Both the position numbers and the translations under genes were made by a program. A stretch of 64,000 nucleotides of DNA from Bradymonadia bacterium (GTDB lineage Bacteria > Myxococcota_A > Bradymonadia > UBA7976 > UBA1532), in contig JBKAGE010000048.1 in assembly GCA_046290225.1 (NCBI GenBank), forward strand, positions 25,304 to 89,303, given 5' to 3'. The notes below the pieces were generated by a model. That model was given only the letters and a program-made list of their open reading frames with translations, was not told the origin of the DNA and ran no database searches. Each line of letters opens with the position of its first letter. Within the stretch, counting starts at the first letter, position 1. Positions 9,268 through 18,070 of the stretch are shown here, in pieces.

Positions 9268-10137
9268 CTACAAAAGCAAGTCCGCCAGCGTCTTCCCGGT
9301 CATCTTTCGCTTGCCCACCTTGATGCGGTGCAGCGCATAGGCCCCCTCGCCACAGCGCAGATGGGCACGGCCGTTCCAGATGAACAGCGAGCCCGGCTCG
9401 AGCGGTTTGAAGGGCCCGCTGTCCACTGGTTTGCCCGAGTAGACCACCACCAGCTCGTCCTCCAGGCCCGTAAAGGCCCCAGGCACCGGCGCCGACGCCC
9501 GAACCAGTTGATCCACCGAGTGGGCGCTCTCGTTCCAGTTGATCTCCACGTCGTCTTCAGGGACCAGAGGCGCCCAGGTGATCTCACCCTTCTGAGCTTT
9601 GCCCTTCAGCGTCTCCCCCGCGAGCAAGCGGCTGGCGATCTCGGCGATGTGCTCGGCGCCCGCTGCCTCGAGGCGCTCCGACAGTTGCCCCGCCGTCTCT
9701 CGTGGCTTCACCTCATAGGGCCAGCGGGCGAGGATGTCGCCTTCGTCGAGCCCTTCAGTGAGCCAGTGCACGCACACCGCCGTGGAGGTGTCGCCGCTGC
9801 GGATCGTCCAGAACGTCGGATCAGGCCCGCGCCAGCGGGGCAGATCGCTGGGGTGCACGTTGATGCCTGGAGCCAGGTCGAGCACCGCTTTGGGGATCCG
9901 CCTCGGGTAGAACGAGGCCACGATGAGGCTCGGCTTCAGGGCCTTCAGGGTGGCGACAAAAGCCTCATCTTCGAGGTCTGGCAGAAGCCAGCGAGGCATA
10001 TCCAGCGGTTTGAGGCGGGCCATCAGCGCAGGCCAGCCCACGCCCCCTTTGCGGCCGTGGATCACCCCCACGAGGGGCAAGTTGCGATCGAGCAGGTGCA
10101 GGGCCCCTGCCGGGTCTCCAAAATACAGGATGCTCAT
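9268..10137 (-). CDS. Formyltransferase (Fmt/ArnA-like)
   Basis: INVHPSDLPRWRG, LDEGDI catalytic motifs and a C-terminal EINW..A domain. Confidence 0.85.
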   Translation of the reverse strand: MSILYFGDPAGALHLLDRNLPLVGVIHGRKGGVGWPALMARLKPLDMPRWLLPDLEDEAFVATLKALKPSLIVASFYPRRIPKAVLDLAPGINVHPSDLPRWRGPDPTFWTIRSGDTSTAVCVHWLTEGLDEGDILARWPYEVKPRETAGQLSERLEAAGAEHIAEIASRLLAGETLKGKAQKGEITWAPLVPEDDVEINWNESAHSVDQLVRASAPVPGAFTGLEDELVVVYSGKPVDSGPFKPLEPGSLFIWNGRAHLRCGEGAYALHRIKVGKRKMTGKTLADLLL

Positions 10138-10161
10138 CTCAGGACACTCTTCGCACGGCGT

Positions 10162-11295
10162 TCATCGGCGTGCGCTCTCGTACAATTTGATGGATCGGGC
10201 GGCGATGGCCGGCCATGTGAAGCGTTCGAGAACCAAATCACGACCACGGGCGCCCATGGCCTCGCGATCTGTGTGCTCGAGCACCTCGAGCAGGGCCTCG
10301 GCGATGGCTGGCGGATCGAGGGCCACCACCCGGCCGGCATCCGCCTCGGCGACCTCTGGGAAGTTGCAGGTCTCGGTCACCACCGCAGGCTTGCCACAGG
10401 CGAGGGCTTCGGTGATGGCCATGCTGAAGCCCTCTTCGCGGCTGGTCAGGCAGAAGAGGGCGCTGTCGACGAGGGCCTGCAGCTTGTCGGTGCCAAAGGT
10501 GGGGCCGATGAAGTGCACGCGATCGGTGATCCCCAACTCGGCGACGAGGGCTTCGAGGTCGCTCTTGTATCCCTTGTCGGGGCCGGCGACGACGAGGCGT
10601 ACGGTCTCGTGTCGCTCGGTCACCTGAGCGAAGGCGCGGGCGAGCAGATCGAGGCCCTTCTGGGCGTGGAGACGACCCAGGTAGAGCACAAAGGGATCTT
10701 GCCCCACCTCGCGATGAAAGAACCGGAAGCGCCCTGGCGCCGGCAGGCGCTCGAAGGTCTCAGGCATCACCCCGTTGGGCAGCACGTGTATCCGCTCAGG
10801 CTTCACCAGGCCCCACTCGGCCACCGCCGCCGCCTCTCGGGTGTTGAGCGTGTGCACAGCGCCGGCCCGCCGGATCACGTCACGGTAGCCCAGGGCTTTC
10901 ATGGCCACCTGCTTCTTCAGGGCTTTTCGGCCGAAGTTCGCCGGGCTGAGCATACCGTGGGGGGCGAAGACATAGGGCACACGTTGTAGACGGCAGAGGC
11001 GGGCCGCGGCGTTTACCAATGGCGGCCAGAGCCCGTGCAGGTGCACCCCGTCGGCTCGACGCAGCACCCTGGTCAGGGCGGGCAGGCCCTGTGGCAGGGG
11101 GCAGCTGATGCGTCGATAGGGCCCCAGGATATGGTCGCGCAAGAAGCCGTCCACAGGATCACTCTGCGCCGGATCTGTGCTCACGAGGGTGATCTCGTGG
11201 CCGAGCCGTCGCTGACCCTCGGCGAGGCCGGCGATGACGAAGGGGGGCCCCCCGTTTCGCGGGTCGAGGGTGTCGTAGAGGTGTACGATGTGCAT
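10162..11295 (-). CDS. GT4 family glycosyltransferase
   Basis: Starts MHIVHLYDTLDPRNGGP (ATG 11295); LGRLHAQKG and SREEGFSMAITEALACG motifs. Confidence 0.92.
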   Translation of the reverse strand: MHIVHLYDTLDPRNGGPPFVIAGLAEGQRRLGHEITLVSTDPAQSDPVDGFLRDHILGPYRRISCPLPQGLPALTRVLRRADGVHLHGLWPPLVNAAARLCRLQRVPYVFAPHGMLSPANFGRKALKKQVAMKALGYRDVIRRAGAVHTLNTREAAAVAEWGLVKPERIHVLPNGVMPETFERLPAPGRFRFFHREVGQDPFVLYLGRLHAQKGLDLLARAFAQVTERHETVRLVVAGPDKGYKSDLEALVAELGITDRVHFIGPTFGTDKLQALVDSALFCLTSREEGFSMAITEALACGKPAVVTETCNFPEVAEADAGRVVALDPPAIAEALLEVLEHTDREAMGARGRDLVLERFTWPAIAARSIKLYESARR

Positions 11296-11352
11296 CGTTG
11301 GGAGGGTGACCCCCTCGCCGCCTGCTTGCAAGAAAGAGCCTCGGCATCGCCC

Positions 11353-12363
11353 ATGGGTCCTCAGCTGCCGCCCCACGTCATCGACCTGCACATCGACACC
11401 TTCATCCCCGTGAGGCTGTGGCGATACGACGTGTTGCGCCATCATGGCAGGGGCCCGCTGAGAGGACGCTTCTTCGGTCACCTCGATCTGCCGCGGATGA
11501 GAGAAGCGGGCCTCACCGGAGCCATGTGGTCCATCACCACCAACCCGTTCCGCACCGCCCGCAGCCGGTGGCGGGTGTTTCAGCACAACATGGAGCGGAT
11601 CGACGCCCTCGTCGCTGAGAGCGGTGGTCAGCTGGCTTGGGCCACCGACGCCGCGGGCTATCACCAGGCCCGAGCGCGAGGCGCCCACGCCATGTTGCTC
11701 TCCATCCAGGGCGGCAATGCCCTCGAGGCGCCTCTGAGAGCCGGCACGGTGCCCACAGAGCTGCTCCAGCGGCTCACCCGCGTCACAGTGGTGCATCTGA
11801 CCAATGCCAGCCTCGGCGCCACCTCGAGCCCTGCCCATTACATGCGGCGGGACAAGGGCCTCACCGATCTCGGCCGTGATCTGATCGCGCTGCTCAATGC
11901 CCATCGGGTCTTCGTCGATTTGGCCCACGCGCACCCTCGCACTTTCTGGGATGCCGTGGAGGCCCACGACGGCAGCCAGCCGCTCGTCGCCACCCACACT
12001 GGCATCTGTGGTGTTCGACCCCACTGGCGCAACCTCGATGACGCGCAAATCAGAGCCATCGCCGATACAGGCGGGGTGGTGGGGGTGATCTTCGCTGCAG
12101 CGTTCTTGCGACGAAGGGGTGGACCCAGAGGCCCAGAAATGGTGGTGGAGCACCTTGAGCACATCCGGAACGTCGGCGGTGAAGCATGCCCGGCCATTGG
12201 CAGCGACTACGACGGCGCCATCATCCCCCCGCGGGGGCTGCGGAGCGGGGCAGAGCTGCCCGCGGTGGTGCAGGTGATGACGCAGAGAGGGTGGACCACG
12301 GGGCAGATTGAGGGGGCGTTGGGGGGCAACTTCTTAAAGGCCTTCGAGGCGCTGAGGCACTGA
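11353..12363 (+). CDS. Membrane dipeptidase (peptidase M19) family
   Basis: DLHID, VDLAH, ATHTG, RNLDD and IGSDYDG motifs. Confidence 0.9.
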   Translation: MGPQLPPHVIDLHIDTFIPVRLWRYDVLRHHGRGPLRGRFFGHLDLPRMREAGLTGAMWSITTNPFRTARSRWRVFQHNMERIDALVAESGGQLAWATDAAGYHQARARGAHAMLLSIQGGNALEAPLRAGTVPTELLQRLTRVTVVHLTNASLGATSSPAHYMRRDKGLTDLGRDLIALLNAHRVFVDLAHAHPRTFWDAVEAHDGSQPLVATHTGICGVRPHWRNLDDAQIRAIADTGGVVGVIFAAAFLRRRGGPRGPEMVVEHLEHIRNVGGEACPAIGSDYDGAIIPPRGLRSGAELPAVVQVMTQRGWTTGQIEGALGGNFLKAFEALRH

Positions 12364-12489
12364 CTCTAGCGACCCATTGTCATGCTCCACGTCGTCGTCC
12401 TGAACAGTGCACTTGATTTTGACAGCCTGTAAGAAGTGCGAAGTGTTGCCTCTGGTTGCCGGTGAACAGATTGGGCCAGGAGCTACATC

Positions 12490-13494
12490 ATGAGAATCGC
12501 CTTCACGCTCATCACCGTCGCCGCTGCTTCACTGATGAGTCTGCCTCATGTCATGGCCTGCTCAGGGCCCGGACGAAGCTTCGTGTATGCAGTGCCGGAC
12601 ACCGGCAGCTTGCCTGCCAACAGCCCCATCGTGCTGCACGGCTACACGACGCTTGAAGACGTCGAGGCCACCGTAGATGGTGTGCCCGCCGTGGTGATCG
12701 AGCTTGAGAGCATCCCGGGCATGCCTGAGATCGAACAGATCAGCCCAACCTCCGGGTTTGCGAACAAAGACATGTTCATTCGTCTGGAGCCCGAGCCCCC
12801 GGTGGGGTCCAGCGTGCACCTCCGAGTCGACCCTTGTGGCGATGGATCTCCAGAGGCCGAATCGTGCGTCAGCACGTTCGAATACGAGATCGTCGAGGCC
12901 GACGAGAGCGCCCCAGGGGAGGTACAGAATTTTGTCTTCGACGCATACGACTATGCGCGCTCCTGGTGGGGTGACAGCTGTGGCGGTGAGGCAGATCACA
13001 CCACTCACTTCGAGGGCTCGCCTTCAACACATCAAGAGGGTGGTGCTCAAGAGTACGTCGTCCTCTCGCGCAAAGAGGGGGATGGGCCATGGGTGGTGAA
13101 GAGGCTGCTCTGGGTCGGTATGGGTGGCATCAACTGGAATCTGCCGAGTGACGATGAGGAGGCGCTCGTCGACGGCGTGTGTTGGAAAGCCGAGCAGATC
13201 GATCTCGCGGGGAACCGCAGCGACGTGCCGAGCGTTCAATGTGCACCGTGTCGGGTCTTACAAGAGGACGCAGGGGCACGCTACGTCAACTGGTCCGGAG
13301 TGGAGCCGTTTCCTCGGGGCTCCTGTGCTGGCCAGACGCTCGATGAGGGGCAAGATGTGAGCACTGCACCCATAAAAGCTGAGTCCTCCGGGTGCGCTCT
13401 GTCTGCAGGTCACAGCGGTGGCCCATTGTGGGTTTTCTGGGTGATGATGGGGGGCTGTCTTGTGCGTAGGCGAGCTGATGGTGGGCCTCATTGA
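12490..13494 (+). CDS. Secreted Cys-containing protein with MYXO-CTERM-like C-terminal sorting signal
   Basis: Signal peptide; C-terminus SSGCALSAG, then a hydrophobic stretch and RRR. Confidence 0.7.
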   Translation: MRIAFTLITVAAASLMSLPHVMACSGPGRSFVYAVPDTGSLPANSPIVLHGYTTLEDVEATVDGVPAVVIELESIPGMPEIEQISPTSGFANKDMFIRLEPEPPVGSSVHLRVDPCGDGSPEAESCVSTFEYEIVEADESAPGEVQNFVFDAYDYARSWWGDSCGGEADHTTHFEGSPSTHQEGGAQEYVVLSRKEGDGPWVVKRLLWVGMGGINWNLPSDDEEALVDGVCWKAEQIDLAGNRSDVPSVQCAPCRVLQEDAGARYVNWSGVEPFPRGSCAGQTLDEGQDVSTAPIKAESSGCALSAGHSGGPLWVFWVMMGGCLVRRRADGGPH

Positions 13495-13627
13495 CGCTCG
13501 AAAGAGGTCCACTTACCCCAGATGAGAGGCAAGAGGGTCTTCAGTGACTCATTTTAAGTTCCGCTTCTTTCGTTTTGTTGTATTTCGTCCGTATCTCATG
13601 TGTCACTAAAATCCATGAGGCACGACA

Positions 13628-13816
13628 ATGACCCAGCTCAATCAGTTTATGAAGCTCCGGCAGTCCCGACCCGGCGCCGCCATTTTGATCGGGGCGCTGG
13701 TCATTTGGGGGCTGAGCGTCTCCTCAGCGAAGACGAGCAACGCCTCTGAGGCTCCCGAGCAGGCGGTGACGAATGTGTCCGCCGCTCAGGCAGGTGGGGT
13801 GCTCAAGCCCAGGTGA
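13628..13816 (+). CDS. Small hypothetical membrane/secreted protein
   Basis: GAGG RBS, single hydrophobic segment, AT-rich upstream region; overlaps the 3' end of the convergent gene. Confidence 0.35.
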   Translation: MTQLNQFMKLRQSRPGAAILIGALVIWGLSVSSAKTSNASEAPEQAVTNVSAAQAGGVLKPR

Positions 13817-14427
13817 GCCACCACAGCCTCTGAAGTCACCGGATAGGGTCGCTCCACTGGGATCATCAGACGCTCGGCGTCGCCCCGATGTGCGCGCTGC
13901 TCGGCGACGAAGTCAGAGATGTCATCAATGCTGATCACCCACTCCGTGCCGTAGAGGCGCAGCATCTCGTCTCGCAGCCCCAGCTGAATCGCGCGGCGCT
14001 CCGTCTTGGCGCCGTTGGGCACGTGATCTGGGTCCCATTGCAGACGCACTTGCGAACTGCGCAGGCGCGACTTCCACGTGGGCTGGTCGCCATACACCTC
14101 AGCGACGAAGTTCGAATGTACGCATTGCCGGAGCATCTCGTCGAAGCCCTCTCGAAGGATGCGCACAGCGAGAGTGACCTCCTGGTTCGGCTTCACGCCC
14201 CAGCCACTGCGATACATCATCCAGAGGAAGTTGGGCTTCACCCAGCTCATGCGGGTGAAGCTGAAGTCGCCGCCGAAGCGACCATGGGTCGCGGCATAGT
14301 GACCGATGTACCGGTTGTAGGCCTGGTACACCACGATGGACGTCTCGTCGTAGTGGGCCATGATGTGGCGCCCTGAGGTGGGCCAGAGGGCCCGTTGCGT
14401 GGCATACGAGGCGGTTTCAAAGTTCAT
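13786..14427 (-). CDS. DUF4291 family protein
   Basis: VYQAY, RMSWVKPNFLWMMYRSGWG, VRLQWDPDH and RRAIQLGL motifs. Confidence 0.9.
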   Translation of the reverse strand: MNFETASYATQRALWPTSGRHIMAHYDETSIVVYQAYNRYIGHYAATHGRFGGDFSFTRMSWVKPNFLWMMYRSGWGVKPNQEVTLAVRILREGFDEMLRQCVHSNFVAEVYGDQPTWKSRLRSSQVRLQWDPDHVPNGAKTERRAIQLGLRDEMLRLYGTEWVISIDDISDFVAEQRAHRGDAERLMIPVERPYPVTSEAVVAHLGLSTPPA

Positions 14428-15898
14428 CAGGATCTTTTTCTTCGAGTAGCTGTGTGCTCGGCGTGATCAGCGGCAGCGTGACCGACTCGAGCAGCTTGCC
14501 CTTGCGGTGATGGATCTCCACCCGCAGCGCGTCATCGGCCATGGTGATCCGGGTGAAGCAATCTGTCGAGTGCACGCGGGTGACTGCCTGTGGGAGATAC
14601 ATGATCTCATCGTGGGTGAGCTCGATCGGATCATGTTGTTCGATCAACCAGCTGGGCAGATGAATCGCTGGCCAGAAGAAGGCCGAAGAGACGATGGAAT
14701 ACACCTGAAAGTCGGGATCGGGCAGATCGTCATCGCCGACGGGCACCGTACAGTCGAGACGGGCGGCCACAGAGGCGTGGAGATCACCGCTGAGGAACAC
14801 CACGGGGCTCAGGCGGCGCTGACGGATGTGCTCCAGCACGCGCAGGCGCTGAGCGCTGAAACCGTTCCACTTCTCTTTGCTGATCTTCGAGTCGGGGAAG
14901 AATGGCACCGACGAGACCACGAACTTGAGCCCCTCGGTAGATTCGAGCCACGCCAGTAGAGCGCCCATCTGCTCATCGCTGATGATCTGTGGTGGATCGG
15001 CTCGTTTGAAGCGCTCGGTGCGGGTATCGAGCACGAAGAACGACGCGGCCCCTTGCTCGAAGGTGTACCAGTATGGTCGAGGCGGCTCTTTGTCTTCGAC
15101 GTTGTAACGGGGGCCGTGGATCGCCTGATAGCTCTCGTACGACTGGGTGGCGGCGATGAACAGGCTCCGGGTCTCGGCGTTGTTCAAAACCCGATCCTGG
15201 CTCCAGTCGTCGTCGATCTCGTGATCGTCGAGGATCATGTACGTGGGCACCTGCCCCATCAGGCTGCGCAGGTGATGCTCGGTGAAGGCGGCGCGGTAGC
15301 GCGCGCGGAACGCCTCCAAGGTCTCGTCCGGAGCCACAGGACCCAAATCATCGGCGTAGATTTGATCGCCCACCATCAACAGCAAGTCGGTGATTTGTCC
15401 GTCGTGTATCTGGTCGAGGATGCTGCCGAAGGCCTTGTCGCCCCGGTCGTCGCCGAAGTGGCCGCCGAGGATCGAGAGCATGTATCGACAGGAGCCGAAG
15501 ACGAAAGAGATCGGGTGATCGGACGGCGGTGAGGTGCGCACGTGATGGATGGGCAGCAGATCCCAGTTGATGCGTGCCGCCTCGACGTCGTCGGGCTCGC
15601 CGCTGTGATAAACCACGCCCACTTGATAGGCATACCGGGTGTGGGCGGTGAGATCGGTCATGTCGACGACGCCGGTGAAGTCGAAACGCGCCCGGAGTGG
15701 GAATGCTCGATGGGGTGACCACTCACCACCAGGAGGACACACCCGGGCCACGCCATGGCATCGCAGGGGTCGATCCACCTCGGACATGAAGTCACCGCGG
15801 GCCCAGAGCCTGATGGTGGTCTCGGTGGTGTGGCCGACGATGGGGCCCACTGTGGGCATGTCGGCGATGAGGGCGATGTCGGGTGGGGTCACAGCCAC
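14417..15898 (-). CDS. PhoD-like metallophosphatase/phosphodiesterase, no signal peptide
   Basis: GPIVGHT, FGSC, GDQIYAD, DDHEI, LDTRTER and LSGDLH motifs. Confidence 0.9.
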   Translation of the reverse strand: MAVTPPDIALIADMPTVGPIVGHTTETTIRLWARGDFMSEVDRPLRCHGVARVCPPGGEWSPHRAFPLRARFDFTGVVDMTDLTAHTRYAYQVGVVYHSGEPDDVEAARINWDLLPIHHVRTSPPSDHPISFVFGSCRYMLSILGGHFGDDRGDKAFGSILDQIHDGQITDLLLMVGDQIYADDLGPVAPDETLEAFRARYRAAFTEHHLRSLMGQVPTYMILDDHEIDDDWSQDRVLNNAETRSLFIAATQSYESYQAIHGPRYNVEDKEPPRPYWYTFEQGAASFFVLDTRTERFKRADPPQIISDEQMGALLAWLESTEGLKFVVSSVPFFPDSKISKEKWNGFSAQRLRVLEHIRQRRLSPVVFLSGDLHASVAARLDCTVPVGDDDLPDPDFQVYSIVSSAFFWPAIHLPSWLIEQHDPIELTHDEIMYLPQAVTRVHSTDCFTRITMADDALRVEIHHRKGKLLESVTLPLITPSTQLLEEKDPDEL

Positions 15899-16911
15899 TG
15901 CTCTATCCCTTCTCGAATCAACCCGCTGAGCCAGACGTTCAGCTGCTTGCGGTCGGCTTTGTCGAGGGCGCCCATTGCGGCGCGGTGATCTGCAGCGAAG
16001 TCCTTCATCAGATCCTGGGTGTAGAGCCCCATCAAACGTTTGAGGTTGTGCTGCGCGCCCTGCAGCTCTTTGGACAAGACCGCGTGTAGCCGCGCTTCGG
16101 TGACGTATTCACCAAGGCGCTCTGCGACGGCCTGGGCCTCGGGGGAGAGCGTGCTCAGCGACAGCCGCGAGCGCTTGCGGGCGAGGGCGTCAGTGCGCAC
16201 GCGCTCGGTGAAGCGCGCGTTCTTCTTCTTGAAGATGGGCCGCAGCGTCGGGTCGGCAGGATCACCCGCCCACCGACGAATCACGATGCCCTCGCAGATG
16301 TTGTCTGCCCGTGGGGGCAGGCCCAGCGCTTCGGGTACGCCGGTGATGAAGGCATCATCCTGAGCGAGGGCTTCTTTCAAGCTGCCCCGAAACAGGATCG
16401 GCAACACCGGGATCTGTGCCGCTTCGAGGTGAGCGCGGCCGTCGCCGCAATCGAAGAAGCGCAGCCCCTCAGCGCCGAAGGTGGCGAGATCGAAGGCGAA
16501 GAATCCATAATCTGGCCGGTAGTGCACTCCGTATTGGACTGACTGCAGACCCTCGATGGCGGCAACGTCAGGGTGATCGTAGATGCCGCCGTAGAGCTCT
16601 CCGAAGACCACCCAGCCCTCGACATCTGCAGTGGTCTCAGATGCCAGGGCCTCGGCGAGGGCCCTGAGCGCGGGCTCGAGGCGACGCTGCAGCGCTTCAA
16701 AGTCGTAGAACGATTCGCCCTCGGACAAGAGCGCGTTGCGTCGGCCGCACCGTATCTCGCCTGTGCGGCTGATCCAGAGTGAGAAGTTCGAGCCGTGCAC
16801 CTTCTCCGTGGCCACCCATACGCCGGGCGCGGCGTGATCAGCGGCGATGGCCTCGGTGCGGGCGCGGGGATCGTTTTCCTGCTTCAGGCTGGGGTACGGA
16901 TAGAACTGCAT
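15889..16911 (-). CDS. Rnl2-family ATP-dependent RNA ligase
   Basis: N-terminal YPSL, motif I EKVHGSNF, GELYGG, FAFD, EGIVIR, KKKN..F and a C-terminal YVTEARL..VLSK domain. Confidence 0.9.
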   Translation of the reverse strand: MQFYPYPSLKQENDPRARTEAIAADHAAPGVWVATEKVHGSNFSLWISRTGEIRCGRRNALLSEGESFYDFEALQRRLEPALRALAEALASETTADVEGWVVFGELYGGIYDHPDVAAIEGLQSVQYGVHYRPDYGFFAFDLATFGAEGLRFFDCGDGRAHLEAAQIPVLPILFRGSLKEALAQDDAFITGVPEALGLPPRADNICEGIVIRRWAGDPADPTLRPIFKKKNARFTERVRTDALARKRSRLSLSTLSPEAQAVAERLGEYVTEARLHAVLSKELQGAQHNLKRLMGLYTQDLMKDFAADHRAAMGALDKADRKQLNVWLSGLIREGIEQWL

Positions 16912-16934
16912 GAACTCGATGTGTCGGTGGAAGG

Positions 16935-17219
16935 CTAGAGCGTACGGCGGTGCTTCCCGTGCTTCACTTGCTGCGCGCGATCGGGATCCGGAGTCACCTC
17001 GGTGTCGTCTTCGCTCTGCTCGTGGTGAACAGGCAAGGGCGTCTCGGTGTGGCCTGCCATCGTGTCTGAATGGGCAGCCTCACGGCGCGCCGCTTCTCGC
17101 TCGGCGGCCATCTCGGCATCGAGGACCGCTTCGGCGCGGCGGATCTCTTCATCTTTGGGTCGGATGGCGTCCCGAGCCACCTTGGTGGCGATCTTGGAGA
17201 GTCGCGAGAGTACGCCCAC
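16935..17219 (-). CDS. Small hypothetical protein
   Basis: GGGGG RBS, helical N-terminus, co-oriented between the regulator and the ligase. Confidence 0.6.
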   Translation of the reverse strand: MGVLSRLSKIATKVARDAIRPKDEEIRRAEAVLDAEMAAEREAARREAAHSDTMAGHTETPLPVHHEQSEDDTEVTPDPDRAQQVKHGKHRRTL

Positions 17220-17298
17220 GTGGCCCCCTGCGTGTGGTGATGTTGCCTACGCAGAGTGTGGTGCAGCGATGGGGAGAGAGCAAGTGTGGGGCAGCGCC

Positions 17299-17931
17299 TC
17301 AGCCTGTGGGTAGGCGCATGCGTCGGACGAGTGAGGCCGCCTTCACCACCCAGGTACCCACACCCTCGAGGGGGCGAGTCAGAGTAGAGGGCCGACGGAT
17401 GGCGATGAGCATGCGCAAGAGGGATTGCGCCATGTCGGTCATGGTGAGCAGCAAGCGCATACGGTCGAGATCATAAGGAATATGACCGCGCTCGGCGGTC
17501 ATGTCCTCCGCCTCTTCCACCGCTGACTCGAGGGCTTGCCGGGCCCCTTCGAGCAGCATCCACTCTCGGCTGCGGAGCACATCGGCGATGGTGGGCCAGA
17601 CGTCGAGGTGGGCGGTGTAGGGTGCGTTGCGGTGATCGGAGACGGGCTTCACGAGCCCGTAGCCCGTCAGCTCGGAGATCGTGGTGCTCACCAGGGAGCG
17701 GCTGCAGCCGAGGATGTCGGCCACCTCGGTCTGAGAGAGGGGATCCGAGTGCAGCGCCAGCAAAGTCCAGACCTTGCCGTGGATCGATTTGAACCCCCAG
17801 TACTCGATGAACTGCCCCACGGCGTCGCCGACGTGCAGCACGCGGCGGGTGAGTGGATCGGTCGCTGAGGTGTGTTGTGCAGCAGCCACGTCTGACTCCT
17901 CCAGGGTTCGGCGTTGATCAGCGCCGGCCAA
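17299..17931 (-). CDS. GbsR/MarR-family transcriptional regulator
   Basis: VGQFIEYWGFKSIHGKVWTLL, LSQTEVADILGCSRSLVSTTISEL wHTH. Confidence 0.88.
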   Translation of the reverse strand: MAGADQRRTLEESDVAAAQHTSATDPLTRRVLHVGDAVGQFIEYWGFKSIHGKVWTLLALHSDPLSQTEVADILGCSRSLVSTTISELTGYGLVKPVSDHRNAPYTAHLDVWPTIADVLRSREWMLLEGARQALESAVEEAEDMTAERGHIPYDLDRMRLLLTMTDMAQSLLRMLIAIRRPSTLTRPLEGVGTWVVKAASLVRRMRLPTG

Positions 17932-17939
17932 CGAACAAC

Positions 17940-17961
17940 TTGTTCATGGTGTCGTGAATAA
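17940..17961. promoter_or_regulatory. Palindromic operator 1 (TTGTTCA-N8-TGAATAA)
   Basis: Inverted repeat just upstream of the regulator start; near-identical copy at 18031-18052. Confidence 0.7.
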
Positions 17962-17996
17962 TGACCGATTGGTTCAGTGTATTCAAGTGCCAAGCC

Positions 17997-18025
17997 TTGA
18001 AAACACAGGATGCTGTCGCTATACC
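17997..18025 (+). promoter_or_regulatory. Putative sigma70 promoter of the men operon
   Basis: TTGAAA-N17-TATACC immediately upstream of operator 2. Confidence 0.45.
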
Positions 18026-18030
18026 TGAGC

Positions 18031-18052
18031 TTGTTCATGATGCCGTGAACAA
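18031..18052. promoter_or_regulatory. Palindromic operator 2 (TTGTTCA-N8-TGAACAA)
   Basis: Perfect 7-bp arms, 18 bp upstream of the menF ATG. Confidence 0.72.
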
Positions 18053-18070
18053 CGGAAGGCGCAGACTCTG

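Noticed and set aside
9328..10989. Long alternative-strand ORFs (also 2897-4399, 20043-21392, 31732-33018, 45570-47201, 61417-62808)
   Set aside because: Antisense shadows of well-supported genes, expected in high-GC DNA, with no recognisable motifs
10162..12162. 666-aa glycosyltransferase fusion
   Set aside because: The N-terminal part is the antisense shadow of the dipeptidase; the GT starts at 11295
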